Positions 9,503 through 18,254 of a stretch of 64,000 nucleotides of DNA are shown here, piece after piece. The stretch is from Bryobacterales bacterium (GTDB lineage: Bacteria > Acidobacteriota > Terriglobia > Bryobacterales > Bryobacteraceae): contig SHUD01000003.1 of NCBI GenBank assembly GCA_009697505.1, positions 21,919 to 85,918 of the forward strand, in the 5' to 3' direction. The notes beneath the pieces were generated by a model. The model was not told where the DNA came from and did not search any database. It saw nothing but the letters and a program-made list of their open reading frames with translations. Position 1 is the first letter of the stretch, and each line of letters begins with the position of its first letter. A program made the translations under genes and the position numbers.

Positions 9503-11833
9503 TTAGTTCTTGCCTCCCGCCACCAGTTTCCAGATCTTTTCCGGAGTCAGCGGCATGTCGATGTGCCGCACACCCAAATGCGAAAGCGCGTCCACCACGG
9601 AGTTCACCAGCGACGGTGACGCGCCGATGGTGCCCGCTTCGCCGACGCCCTTGACTCCCAGCGGATTCACGGGCGACGGGGTCGTCGTGTGCTGGCTTTC
9701 AATCCACGGCATCATGTGCGCACGCGGCATGGTGTAGTCGGTATACTCGCCGGTGACCAGTTGCCCGTTGTCGTCGTAGACAGCTTGCTCCCAGAGCGCC
9801 TGGCCCATGCCCTGCGCGACGCCACCGTGAACCTGGCCGTCGACAATAAGCGGATTGATGATGTTGCCGCAGTCATCGACGGCAAGATAGCGGCGGACCG
9901 TGATCTGTCCGGTTTCCGGATCGATCTCCGTCACGGCGATGTGCGCGCCGAAGCCGAAGGTGAAGTTGGGCGGCTCCCAGAAATGCGTGGAGACCAGGCC
10001 CGGCTCGGTGTTGGGAGGAAGTTTCATGGCGCGGTAGGAGGCAGCGGCAATTTCCTTGAAGGAAACGCTCTTGCCCATCTTGTTGCAGACCACCTGGCCG
10101 TTGGCGTAGCTCACGTCGTGCGAATCCAACATGATCGCGCCGAATTTCTTCATCTTGACCTTCAGATCCTGCATCGCATAGTAGAGCGCCGTGCCGCCGA
10201 TGGCGGTCGCGCGGCTGCCGAAAGTGCCGATGCCGTAAGGAACGATCGCGGTGTCACCGCGCAGCACCAGAATGTCGTCGATGTCAACGCCGAGCTCGTC
10301 GGCGGCGAGCTGCGCGAACGTGGTTTCCTCACCCTGCCCGTGATGGCAGCTCCCGGTGAGCAGGGTGACTTTACCGGATGGCTCGACGCGCACGGTGCCG
10401 CATTCCCAACCGCCGGCGGGCGTCGCGGGCGACGGACCGAATCCGCAGATTTCGCCGTACGTGCAGATGCCGATGCCCATCAGCTTGCCTTGCTTGCGGG
10501 CTGCGGCCTGCTCGGCGCGGAGCTTGGTGTAATCGACGATGCCCATGGCTTTCTGAAGCGGCGCGGCGTAGTCGCCGGAATCGTAGGTGAGGCCGGTTGC
10601 GGTGGGGAACGGAAATTCTTCGTTGTGCACGAAGTTCTTCAGGCGGATCTCGGCCGGGTCGATTCCGAGCTCGTCGGCGAGAATATCGACCATGCGCTCG
10701 ATGCCGTGCGTGGCTTCCGGGCGGCCCGCGCCGCGATACGCGTCGGTGGGAGTGCAATTCGTGAAAACGCCGATGACTTCGGCGCGGATGTTCTTGGTGC
10801 GATAGAGGCCCGGCATCATCAGCACGCTGAGGGTGGGAATCGCGGGCCCCAGCAGTTGGTGATAGGCGCCCTGATCCTGAATCAGCTTGAGCTTAATGCC
10901 CAGGATGGTGCCGTCTTTCTTGGCCGCGACTTCGAAGTAATCGACGTGGCCGCGTCCGTGGATGGTGCACAGGAAATTCTCGCGGCGCGACTCGATCCAC
11001 TTCACGGGCTTGCCGATCTTCATCGACACAAAGCCCATCAAGGCTTCTTCGGGATAGATGTTGAGCTTGCTGCCAAAGCCGCCGCCGACTTCGGGAGCCA
11101 CCACGCGCATGCGGTTCTCTTCGAGACCCAGCATGCCCGCGACCAGCGTGCGCACCAGGTGAGGGACCTGGGTGGACGTGTAGAGGGTCATCTGCCGGTC
11201 TGCCCCGCGCCACTCGGCGAGCACTCCGCGCGTTTCCATCGCCGAGGGGATGAGGCGCTGGCTGGTGATGCGCTGCTTGACGATCACTTCGGCTTCCGCG
11301 AAGGCTTTGTCGACGTCTCCGCCCTCCTGGTTGTAAACGAAAGCCACGTTATCGGGCCATTGCGGGTGCACGGGCGGAGCGCCCGGCGCAATCGCTTTTT
11401 CAGGGTCGGCGACCGCGGGCAAAACTTCCCAGTCGACTTCGACGAGATCGGCGGCATCGCGCGCCAAATAGCGATCCGTCGCAACCACTACCGCAACGGG
11501 ATGCCCCACCAGGTAGACGCGGTCGATCGCCAAAATGTAATGGTGTGGCACGCGCAAGCCCGGCAGAGACGCGCCGCAGGGAACCGGCCCAACTTTTTCG
11601 GTGTCCTTGCCGGTGAACACGGCCACGACTCCGGGCGCTTCCGCAGCTGCCTTGATGCTGATCGAACGGATTTTCGCCGCCGCATGCGGGCTGCGCACGA
11701 TGGCCGCATGATGCATGCCCGGCATCTGCATGTCATCCACGTAAGTGGCGGTGCCGGTGATCAGGCGTGGGTCTTCGCGCCTGCGAATGCGCTTGCCGAC
11801 GAGTTTTTCGGTTTGGATGATGGTGGTGGCCAT
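9503..11833 (-). CDS. coxL: Molybdopterin-binding large subunit, form II CoxL-like
   Basis: 776 aa. The active-site loop reads AYRGAGR (form II signature) rather than form I VAYRCSFR. Confidence 0.9.
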   Translation of the reverse strand: MATTIIQTEKLVGKRIRRREDPRLITGTATYVDDMQMPGMHHAAIVRSPHAAAKIRSISIKAAAEAPGVVAVFTGKDTEKVGPVPCGASLPGLRVPHHYILAIDRVYLVGHPVAVVVATDRYLARDAADLVEVDWEVLPAVADPEKAIAPGAPPVHPQWPDNVAFVYNQEGGDVDKAFAEAEVIVKQRITSQRLIPSAMETRGVLAEWRGADRQMTLYTSTQVPHLVRTLVAGMLGLEENRMRVVAPEVGGGFGSKLNIYPEEALMGFVSMKIGKPVKWIESRRENFLCTIHGRGHVDYFEVAAKKDGTILGIKLKLIQDQGAYHQLLGPAIPTLSVLMMPGLYRTKNIRAEVIGVFTNCTPTDAYRGAGRPEATHGIERMVDILADELGIDPAEIRLKNFVHNEEFPFPTATGLTYDSGDYAAPLQKAMGIVDYTKLRAEQAAARKQGKLMGIGICTYGEICGFGPSPATPAGGWECGTVRVEPSGKVTLLTGSCHHGQGEETTFAQLAADELGVDIDDILVLRGDTAIVPYGIGTFGSRATAIGGTALYYAMQDLKVKMKKFGAIMLDSHDVSYANGQVVCNKMGKSVSFKEIAAASYRAMKLPPNTEPGLVSTHFWEPPNFTFGFGAHIAVTEIDPETGQITVRRYLAVDDCGNIINPLIVDGQVHGGVAQGMGQALWEQAVYDDNGQLVTGEYTDYTMPRAHMMPWIESQHTTTPSPVNPLGVKGVGEAGTIGASPSLVNSVVDALSHLGVRHIDMPLTPEKIWKLVAGGKN

Positions 11834-11858
11834 AGCGATCTCCTATAACTGGCTCCGG

Positions 11859-12326
11859 TTACCTGCCCGCGCCGACGGCGGCCGCCGCCTTCACGGAATT
11901 GACGATGTGCTGATAGCCGGTGCAGCGGCACAGATTGCCTTCGATGCCGTGCCGGATCTCATCATCGGATGGGTTGGGGTTGTGGTCCAGAATCGCCTTG
12001 CAGGCCATGATCATGCCCGGCGTGCAGAAGCCGCATTGCAGGCCGTGTTGATTCCAGAAGGCCTCCTGCATGGCGTGGAGTTTGCCGTCCTGGGCCAGGC
12101 CTTCGATGGTCAGCACGTCGGCGCCGTCGGCCTGCACGGCAAACATGCCACAGCTCTTGACGGACTTGCCGTTGACTTCGATGGTACAAGCGCCGCACAG
12201 CGACGTCTCGCAGCCGATGTGGGCGCCAGTAAGGCCCGCCACGTCGCGCAGATAGTGAATCAGCAACAGCCTGGGTTCCACGTCGGGAGAGTACTTTTTT
12301 CCATTTATCGTGAGATTGATCTTCAT
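11859..12326 (-). CDS. coxS: [2Fe-2S] small subunit (CoxS-like)
   Basis: 155 aa with ferredoxin-type [11 protein letters not shown] plus CGFCTPG and CRCTGY clusters. Confidence 0.9.
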   Translation of the reverse strand: MKINLTINGKKYSPDVEPRLLLIHYLRDVAGLTGAHIGCETSLCGACTIEVNGKSVKSCGMFAVQADGADVLTIEGLAQDGKLHAMQEAFWNQHGLQCGFCTPGMIMACKAILDHNPNPSDDEIRHGIEGNLCRCTGYQHIVNSVKAAAAVGAGR

Positions 12327-12481
12327 GGCGGGCTCCGGGCCTCCTATAGGGCCGGATTAGAAGATAACAAAACTGGCGGGGGTAATAAAAGGGGGCGGTT
12401 GGATCATGCGGCGGGAGCGATGAACAAGAGGGCAGCCGGGTAACGCGAATGCCCCTCCGGCAGGTTACCGCACTCCTTAAT

Positions 12482-12511
12482 TTGACAGAATGTACATTTA
12501 GATGTACATTC
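12482..12511 (+). promoter_or_regulatory. Promoter-like TTGACA-N17-TACATT overlapped by a perfect 10 bp inverted repeat GAATGTACAT-TTAG-ATGTACATTC (candidate Phd operator)
   Basis: TTGACA lies at 12482-12487 and the inverted-repeat arms at 12488-12497 and 12502-12511. The -10-like hexamer ends 6 nt before ATG 12517. Confidence 0.45.
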
Positions 12512-12516
12512 TAGCT

Positions 12517-12795
12517 ATGGCATCCCGGTATTCCGTTGCGGAGGCGCGGGCGCACCTTCCCGCGATCATCGACCAAGCCGAGTCCGGCATTCACGTAGAA
12601 CTGACTCGCCGGGGTGAACCCGTTGCGGTCTTAGTCTCCACCCACGAATTCGAGGTTCTGCGCGGGAAGAAGCGGCAGTTTAGCGACGCCTACAAGCAGT
12701 TCGTAGCCACGCACAAGTTGGCGGAAGTCGGAGTCAGTCCGCAGTTCGCTCGTGCGCTACGAGACCGTACGCCCGGGCGCGACGTCGCGCTATGA
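12517..12795 (+). CDS. Phd/YefM-family type II antitoxin
   Basis: MASRYSVAEARAHLPAIIDQAESG..VELTRRGEPVAVLVS is the classic Phd/YefM N-terminus. ATG 12517 is preferred because ATG 12502 lies inside the palindrome. It overlaps vapC by 4 nt (ATGA). Confidence 0.8.
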   Translation: MASRYSVAEARAHLPAIIDQAESGIHVELTRRGEPVAVLVSTHEFEVLRGKKRQFSDAYKQFVATHKLAEVGVSPQFARALRDRTPGRDVAL

Positions 12796-13235
12796 CGTTG
12801 CGGTACTTGCTGGACACGAGCGTGGTCTCCGTACCGGTGTGGAAGGAGCCGGATGCGCGACTCCTGCACCGGCTGAACGCCGCCGGACCCGAGTGTGCGA
12901 TTGCGTCGCCGGTCTGGCATGAGCTCACCTATGGCTGTAGCCGCCTGGCGAAGGGGAAGCGGAGGAGCGCTCTGGAAACATATCTGCGAGATGTGGTGCG
13001 CGGCTCGTTTCCGACCCTCCCCTATGACGAGGCCGCGGCGGCGTGGCACGGCGCGGAGAGAGCGCGGCTGGAAGCGAACGGACGCCCTACGCCTTTCGTG
13101 GACGGCCAGATCGCGGCCATAGCGCAGGTGAACGGGCTGATCTTGGTCACCGCGAATGAGCGCGATTTCGCCGCCTTTTCCGATCTCAACCTCGAGAACT
13201 GGTCAACACATTCCAGGCGAAGACCGAAGAGTTGA
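12792..13235 (+). CDS. vapC: VapC-family PIN-domain toxin
   Basis: Acidic PIN residues are in context: YLLDTSVV, FVDGQIAA and VTANERDF. Confidence 0.85.
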   Translation: MTLRYLLDTSVVSVPVWKEPDARLLHRLNAAGPECAIASPVWHELTYGCSRLAKGKRRSALETYLRDVVRGSFPTLPYDEAAAAWHGAERARLEANGRPTPFVDGQIAAIAQVNGLILVTANERDFAAFSDLNLENWSTHSRRRPKS

Positions 13236-13326
13236 GGCCCGGCCGCGTGGGAATGGGTCAGCCGGGTCCTATGACAGGGACCAGGAATACCCGGTCCCTG
13301 TCCCGTGTTCGGAGTGTCGGTGAGGC

Positions 13327-13581
13327 CTAGCTGTTTTGTACCGCGAGGTAGATGTTGGCCAGGATCTTCAGTACGGCGATGTCGGTGTTCGCGTCCGTAC
13401 CCACGACTTGGGCCTTCATTTCGCGCTTGTCACTCAACGTAACCGTGCTATCGGTGGCTCCGTCGATCACATGATTATTGGTCAGAATGTAGCCATCGGA
13501 GCGCACGATCACGCCCGAACTCAGGATGTTTTCTACTTGCTTGCGCGGCTGAATTCGTCCGTTTACGCAGGAACGCCGCAA
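13327..13581 (-). pseudogene. Relic of a DegP/HtrA-type trypsin-like serine protease (about 55 internal residues only)
   Basis: GVIVRSDGYILTNNHVIDGATDSTVTLSDKREMKAQVVGTDANTDIAVLKI covers the catalytic His and Asp regions. The Ser region and PDZ domains are absent and the ORF is only 84 aa. Confidence 0.6.
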
Positions 13582-13669
13582 TGCACCATTCCGCTACAAT
13601 AACGCCTAGAAGCCTCAAGGACCCCTAACCGCTCCTTTACAGCCGCGGCTCGGAAACGGTGAAACCATC

Positions 13670-15130
13670 ATGACTCGACGAGACATTGCTAAGCTGGCGG
13701 CGCTGGGCATCAGCGCCCGCGCGTTGGCGCAGAAGAAGGCTCCAGAGAGCGAATCCCTGACCGGCTACGTGGCCGACTTCATCGTAAACACGCGCTATGA
13801 GGACATTCCCGCCGACGTGCTGGATTTGGCGCGCAAGTCAATCCTGGATGGCCTCGGGCTGTCGCTGTGCGGGTCGGTGGCGAAGTCGGGTGAGATCGTG
13901 CGGCAGTTCATCAAGGCCACCGCGTCGCCAGGCACGGCCACGGTGGTGGGGTCGCCGCTGAAGACCTCGCCCCGATTCGCGGCGTTCGCCAACGCGGTGA
14001 ACATTCACGCCGACGACTATGACGACACGCAGCTCGCGGTGGCGGAGAATCGCACCTACGGACTGCTCACGCATCCGACGGCGCCGGTGCTGCCCGCGGT
14101 GCTGGCCACGGCCGAGGCGCGCGGGATGTCGGGCAGGCAAATGCTACTGGCGTACAACGTCGGGGTGGAGGTTGAAACCAAGATCGCCGAGGCCATCAAC
14201 CCGCGCCACTACGAAGAAGGGTTCCATTCGACGGGCACGATGGGCGTGATGGGGTCGGCTGCGGCGATGGCCAAGATTTACGGGCTCAATCGCGCGAAAA
14301 CGCTGATCACGTTGGGTATCGCGGCGAGCGAGGGCGCGGGGTTCCGGGAAAATTTCGGCACCATGACCAAGCCGTTCCATGCCGGGCGCGCGGCCGAGAA
14401 TGGCGTGGTGGCGGCGGATTTCGCCGCGCTAGGCTGGACGGCAACAGACAAGATCCTGGAAGCTCCGCGCGGCTTCTTCCATGCGGCGGGCGGCGGCTAC
14501 GACCGCAACGCGATCATGGGTAAGCTCGGCAAGCCGTGGACATTTGCGAGCCCGGGCATCTCCATCAAGCCGTTCCCTTCCGGCTCACTCACGCATCCGG
14601 GCATGACGGCGATGGAGAAGCTGGTCCGCGAGCACAAGATCAAAGGCGATCAGGTGGATTTTCTCGAAGTGGGCACCAACAAGAACATGCCCAACACGCT
14701 GATTCACCACCAGCCCACCGATGAGCTGCAAGCCAAGTTCAGCATGGAGTTCTGCATGGCGTCACTGCTGCTCTACGGCAAGGCAGGCTTGCTCGAATTC
14801 AACGACGAAGTGGTGAACCGGCCCGAAGTGCAGGCCATGATCAAGCGGGTGAAGTTCGGAATCGACCCGGTGGCCGAGGCCGCGGGGTACAACAAGATGA
14901 CCACCATCCTGAAACTGCATCTCAAGGGTGGCCGCGTCATCGAAGGACGCGCCGATTTCGGCAAGGGCAGCCCCGCGATTCCGATGTCCTACAACGATGT
15001 CGCCGAGAAATTCCTGGATTGCGCCGGGTACGCGAAGTGGCCCACGGCGAAGGCCAAGGCCATCGTGGAGATGACACGCACGATCGAGCAGGTGCCGGAT
15101 ATGCGGAAGCTGACGGCGTTGATGAGTTAA
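13670..15130 (+). CDS. MmgE/PrpD-family protein with Tat-like N-terminal signal
   Basis: 486 aa with family-typical length and blocks (YDDTQ, HPTAPVLPA, FHSTGT). The N-terminus is MTRRDIAKLAALGISARALAQ. Confidence 0.85.
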   Translation: MTRRDIAKLAALGISARALAQKKAPESESLTGYVADFIVNTRYEDIPADVLDLARKSILDGLGLSLCGSVAKSGEIVRQFIKATASPGTATVVGSPLKTSPRFAAFANAVNIHADDYDDTQLAVAENRTYGLLTHPTAPVLPAVLATAEARGMSGRQMLLAYNVGVEVETKIAEAINPRHYEEGFHSTGTMGVMGSAAAMAKIYGLNRAKTLITLGIAASEGAGFRENFGTMTKPFHAGRAAENGVVAADFAALGWTATDKILEAPRGFFHAAGGGYDRNAIMGKLGKPWTFASPGISIKPFPSGSLTHPGMTAMEKLVREHKIKGDQVDFLEVGTNKNMPNTLIHHQPTDELQAKFSMEFCMASLLLYGKAGLLEFNDEVVNRPEVQAMIKRVKFGIDPVAEAAGYNKMTTILKLHLKGGRVIEGRADFGKGSPAIPMSYNDVAEKFLDCAGYAKWPTAKAKAIVEMTRTIEQVPDMRKLTALMS

Positions 15131-15954
15131 GGCTCCCTCAGCAACTCCTCTATATCATCCATCTTCTCGCCGAGCAGATTGAGTTTTCGCGAGAGGGACT
15201 GGATCTCGGCTTCGGCGCGGCGGTTGACGTCGAAATCGAGTTCGCCGCGCAGGCGGTCCTTGGTGTCCTGGCGGTTCTGGCTCATCATGATCACCGGCGC
15301 CTGGATGGCGGCCAGCATGGAAAGAAACAGATTGAGCAAGATGAAGGGGTACGGATCCCAGGCGGTCTTTCCCAGTGCGATATTGACCCCGGAGTAAGCC
15401 ACGATGGCCACTCCGAACAAGATGATAAACCCCCAGGAACCGCCGAAGTGGGCCACGGCGTCGGCAATATGCTCGCCAAAAGTCGCTTCTTCTTCGATGA
15501 CCTGATTGGGATTGCGCATGGAGCGCGTGCGAGCCAGTTCCTGCACGGCGTGAACCTGGCGGGCCATCACCGTTAAGATGTCCACACCAGCGTCCGGCTT
15601 GCGCTGGATCAGTACGGCGATATCGTTGCGGTCCACTTCGATGCAGGTGGTCTCTTCCAAAGCGAGAGCGCTGGTCCGGTGCGGTGTTTCCTCGAACATG
15701 GAGGCGAAGCCGAAGAATTCGCCGCAGGCCGGCTCATTGAGCACGACCTCCTGCTGATCGTCGTCGACGGCGGTGACGTGCACGCGGCCGGAGAGAAGCA
15801 CGTAGGCGCGGCCGCCGGGGTCGCCGGACTTGTAAATCCGTTGCCGGGGTTGAAAGGTCTTAACGTCGACTTGGCCGGCCAGCACCGCGGTTTCATCGTC
15901 GTCGAGCAGGGCGAACAGGGGAACATTTCGCAACACATCGGGAGAACAGGCCAT
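15127..15954 (-). CDS. Cyclic-nucleotide-binding domain fused to a DUF1003 membrane domain
   Basis: The N-terminal part is cNMP-binding-like (LRNVPLFALLDDDETAVLAG...IYKSGDPG). The C-terminal GGSWGFIILF...WDPYPFILLNLFLSMLAAIQAPVIMMSQNRQ is DUF1003-like. Confidence 0.8.
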   Translation of the reverse strand: MACSPDVLRNVPLFALLDDDETAVLAGQVDVKTFQPRQRIYKSGDPGGRAYVLLSGRVHVTAVDDDQQEVVLNEPACGEFFGFASMFEETPHRTSALALEETTCIEVDRNDIAVLIQRKPDAGVDILTVMARQVHAVQELARTRSMRNPNQVIEEEATFGEHIADAVAHFGGSWGFIILFGVAIVAYSGVNIALGKTAWDPYPFILLNLFLSMLAAIQAPVIMMSQNRQDTKDRLRGELDFDVNRRAEAEIQSLSRKLNLLGEKMDDIEELLREP

Positions 15955-15989
15955 GAGTCAATCGTACGATGACTCAGTTACGGACGTGT

Positions 15990-16412
15990 TTATCGATTGA
16001 GGAACGGGCGCTCTTCCACGGCAGTTCGTGCACGAACCAAAGCACCGACCGCATAGTCAAGTTCCTCGCGCCGGTGGTCGCACGTGACGTTCATACGGAG
16101 GCGCTCGGTACCCTTTGGAACCGCTGGATAGATGACCGGCATGACATAGATGCCCTCCACGTTGCATTGTCCCGCCATTGCAAAGGCCAGGGTCTCGTTC
16201 CCCAACAGAACCGGGACAATGGCCGCCCCGGTATCGCCCGTGTCGAATCCCTCTTCGTGGAGGCGGCGGATAAAATGCCGCACGTCGGACATCAGTTGTC
16301 GGCAACGAGTCGCACCTTCGATATCAAGGAGCTTGAATGCCGCTTGGGCAGCGGCGGCGGTAACCGGGGAAAGCGCGGCGCTGAAGATTGTGTCTCGTAT
16401 CGGATTACAGGC
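15990..16412 (-). pseudogene. 3' relic (about 140 codons) of a KBL/BioF-family PLP-dependent acyltransferase
   Basis: The open frame IRDTIFSAALSPVTAAAAQAAFKLL...GIYVMPVIYPAVPKGTERLRMNVTCDH matches the family C-terminus. An in-frame stop lies at 16413-16415 and the PLP-lysine region is missing. Confidence 0.65.
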
Positions 16413-16428
16413 TCAAAACGACTCCCCG

Positions 16429-17061
16429 ATGGATCTTGACGATGTAATCAATTCCGCAATTCAGTTGGCCCAGGAACACGGCTATTCCTTGCAACGGCTG
16501 CGGGAAAGGGTTCAGGAGCGCTTGCTCGCGCAGCGGCCCGACCACATCCTCGTAGTATCCGATGAATCTGGATTTCGGGAATTGCTTCGCGTGGAATTGG
16601 CGGAGCACGTCAAATGTCCGGTTACGACATGTTCCACTATCGAGATCGCAGCGAACCGGGCCCTGGCCATCGGCGCACTCGTGGTGGCGGCGCATGGGAG
16701 AATTCAGGAGTGCGAGTCTTTTCTTCCCAAAGACAGGTCACCCTACGCGATAGTATTCAACGACGCTGAGCAAGAGGTCCGCCTGGTGCGAAAGCTCCGG
16801 GAGCCATCCGCGATTGCCGTCGTCTCGATTAGTGAATTCTTTCTGCGAACGGCACGCGGTGTGTTCGCCCCGGCACTGGGCCGCAGGCACACACTCCGCG
16901 AATACTTTCTACCAGTGGAGAGGCCGGGCACGCTGGACGCGTATAGCTTAGTTTTCTGTGATTCCATCGCTCGACGGCGAGTAAAATCGAAACATCTAGT
17001 TCACTACCGGCTGATTTCGTCCGCATCCCTCGAACACCTCGCGAAGGCAATGAAACCCTGA
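16429..17061 (+). CDS. Hypothetical protein (210 aa), possibly itself 5'-truncated
   Basis: Coding-looking ORF from ATG 16429 (MDLDDVINSAIQLAQEHGY). It starts only 16 nt from the truncated KBL relic, head-to-head, with no room for promoters. Confidence 0.45.
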   Translation: MDLDDVINSAIQLAQEHGYSLQRLRERVQERLLAQRPDHILVVSDESGFRELLRVELAEHVKCPVTTCSTIEIAANRALAIGALVVAAHGRIQECESFLPKDRSPYAIVFNDAEQEVRLVRKLREPSAIAVVSISEFFLRTARGVFAPALGRRHTLREYFLPVERPGTLDAYSLVFCDSIARRRVKSKHLVHYRLISSASLEHLAKAMKP

Positions 17062-17084
17062 TCCCGCCAGCGTGACAAACGGGG

Positions 17085-17420
17085 TTATTGATTCAAGAGC
17101 GGGATATCTTTGAGCGGCTTGGGGGCTGGACGGCTCGATAGATACGCGTGGATGTCGGTCAACTCAGCGTCGGAGATTACCTTAGGCGTAAAGGGCGGCA
17201 TTTGCACCGCCGGGCGGCGCACATAGGCGATGAAAGCGGCCAGCGCCGGAGGCCGCACGCCAATTCTGGGACCGGCGTTGCCGCCCTGGCCTTCATGTCC
17301 GTGGCAGGAAGAGCACATCAACTTCTCGAAAACCTTCTTGCCGTTTTCGGCGTTTCCGGCCGGAGCCTGAGCGAAAGCCGCCGGAGCCATCAGCAGGATC
17401 GCGGTGACAAGGGCCTTCAT
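17085..17420 (-). CDS. Secreted monoheme class I c-type cytochrome
   Basis: Signal peptide MKALVTAILLMAPAAFAQA, heme motif CSSCH and a distal Met candidate in VQMPPF. Confidence 0.8.
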   Translation of the reverse strand: MKALVTAILLMAPAAFAQAPAGNAENGKKVFEKLMCSSCHGHEGQGGNAGPRIGVRPPALAAFIAYVRRPAVQMPPFTPKVISDAELTDIHAYLSSRPAPKPLKDIPLLNQ

Positions 17421-17442
17421 TTCGGGTGACCTGCCGGGTGAC

Positions 17443-18057
17443 CTACTTCGCGACCGGCTGCAAGGCGCGGCTGGCGATGATGTGATCGATCAGGCCGTAT
17501 TCCCTGGCTTGATCCGGTTCCAGGATGTAATCGCGGTCCACGTCGCGGGAGATGCGATCCACATTCTGGCCTGTGGCATCGGCCAGAATCTCATTCAGCG
17601 TCTGGCGCATGCGGAGGATTTCGCGCGCGTAAATGTCGATGTCGGTGGCCTGTCCGGCCAGGCCGCTCATGGAAGGCTGGTGGATCAAAATGCGCGAGTG
17701 CGGCAGGCTGTTGCGCTTTCCCTTAGTCCCGCAGGCCAGCAGCACGGCGGCCATGGACGCGGCCTGTCCCACGCAATAAGTGACGATGTCGGGCTCGATC
17801 AGGCGCATGGTGTCGAGGATGGCCAAGCCAGCGGTGATGGAGCCGCCCGGCGAATTGATGTAGAGCGAAATATCTTTCTCCGGATCTTCGGCGGCCAGGA
17901 ACAGCATTTGCGCGATGACCAGGTTGGCTACGTTGTCGTCGATGGGCGTGCCCAGGAAAATGATGTTTTCCTTGAGCAGGCGGGAGTAAATGTCGAAAGC
18001 GCGCTCCCCGCGCGAGGTTTGTTCGACCACCATCGGGACCAGGACGGAATTCTGCAT
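17443..18057 (-). CDS. clpP: ATP-dependent Clp protease proteolytic subunit
   Basis: Catalytic Ser in GQAASMAA, His in LIHQP, and [15 protein letters not shown] 18057 is preceded by GAGGAG (18068-18073) and is preferred over GTG 18075. Confidence 0.92.
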   Translation of the reverse strand: MQNSVLVPMVVEQTSRGERAFDIYSRLLKENIIFLGTPIDDNVANLVIAQMLFLAAEDPEKDISLYINSPGGSITAGLAILDTMRLIEPDIVTYCVGQAASMAAVLLACGTKGKRNSLPHSRILIHQPSMSGLAGQATDIDIYAREILRMRQTLNEILADATGQNVDRISRDVDRDYILEPDQAREYGLIDHIIASRALQPVAK

Positions 18058-18086
18058 GACAGGCAATCTCCTCACTGCAACTCACT

Positions 18087-18110
18087 GCGTCTAACGGCGC
18101 GTCTAACGGC
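18087..18110. repeat. Perfect tandem 12-mer GCGTCTAACGGC x2 in the clpP 5' leader/promoter region
   Basis: Copies lie at 18087-18098 and 18099-18110, 30-53 nt upstream of the clpP ATG. An adjacent CTCACTGC x2 lies at 18071-18088. Confidence 0.6.
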
Positions 18111-18254
18111 ACACAACAGGCGGTTTCACAAGCCCGCGCCGGCCAGGGCGGACGAGCAGTCGGCGCTTCTCACCCACCTCTCACCCCGGGGCCTTCGCCA
18201 GATCGGCCACGGAAGCGCCCCCAAGTAATTTATGATACGAGATCGCGGGGCGAT

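Noticed and set aside
9689-11848. 719 aa ORF antisense to coxL
   Set aside because: Same reasoning. coxL on the other strand has clear family motifs, whereas the antisense product is low-complexity and Arg/Gly/Ala/His-rich.
12327-12481. GGTAAC-N20-GTTACC inverted repeat upstream of coxS as a regulator site or riboswitch
   Set aside because: The arms are short with a long spacer, and I cannot assess conservation. This is too weak to call.
16150-16428. 93-codon extension of ORF 16150..17061
   Set aside because: It is antisense to the KBL relic, which has clear family similarity. The coding-looking sequence begins at ATG 16429.
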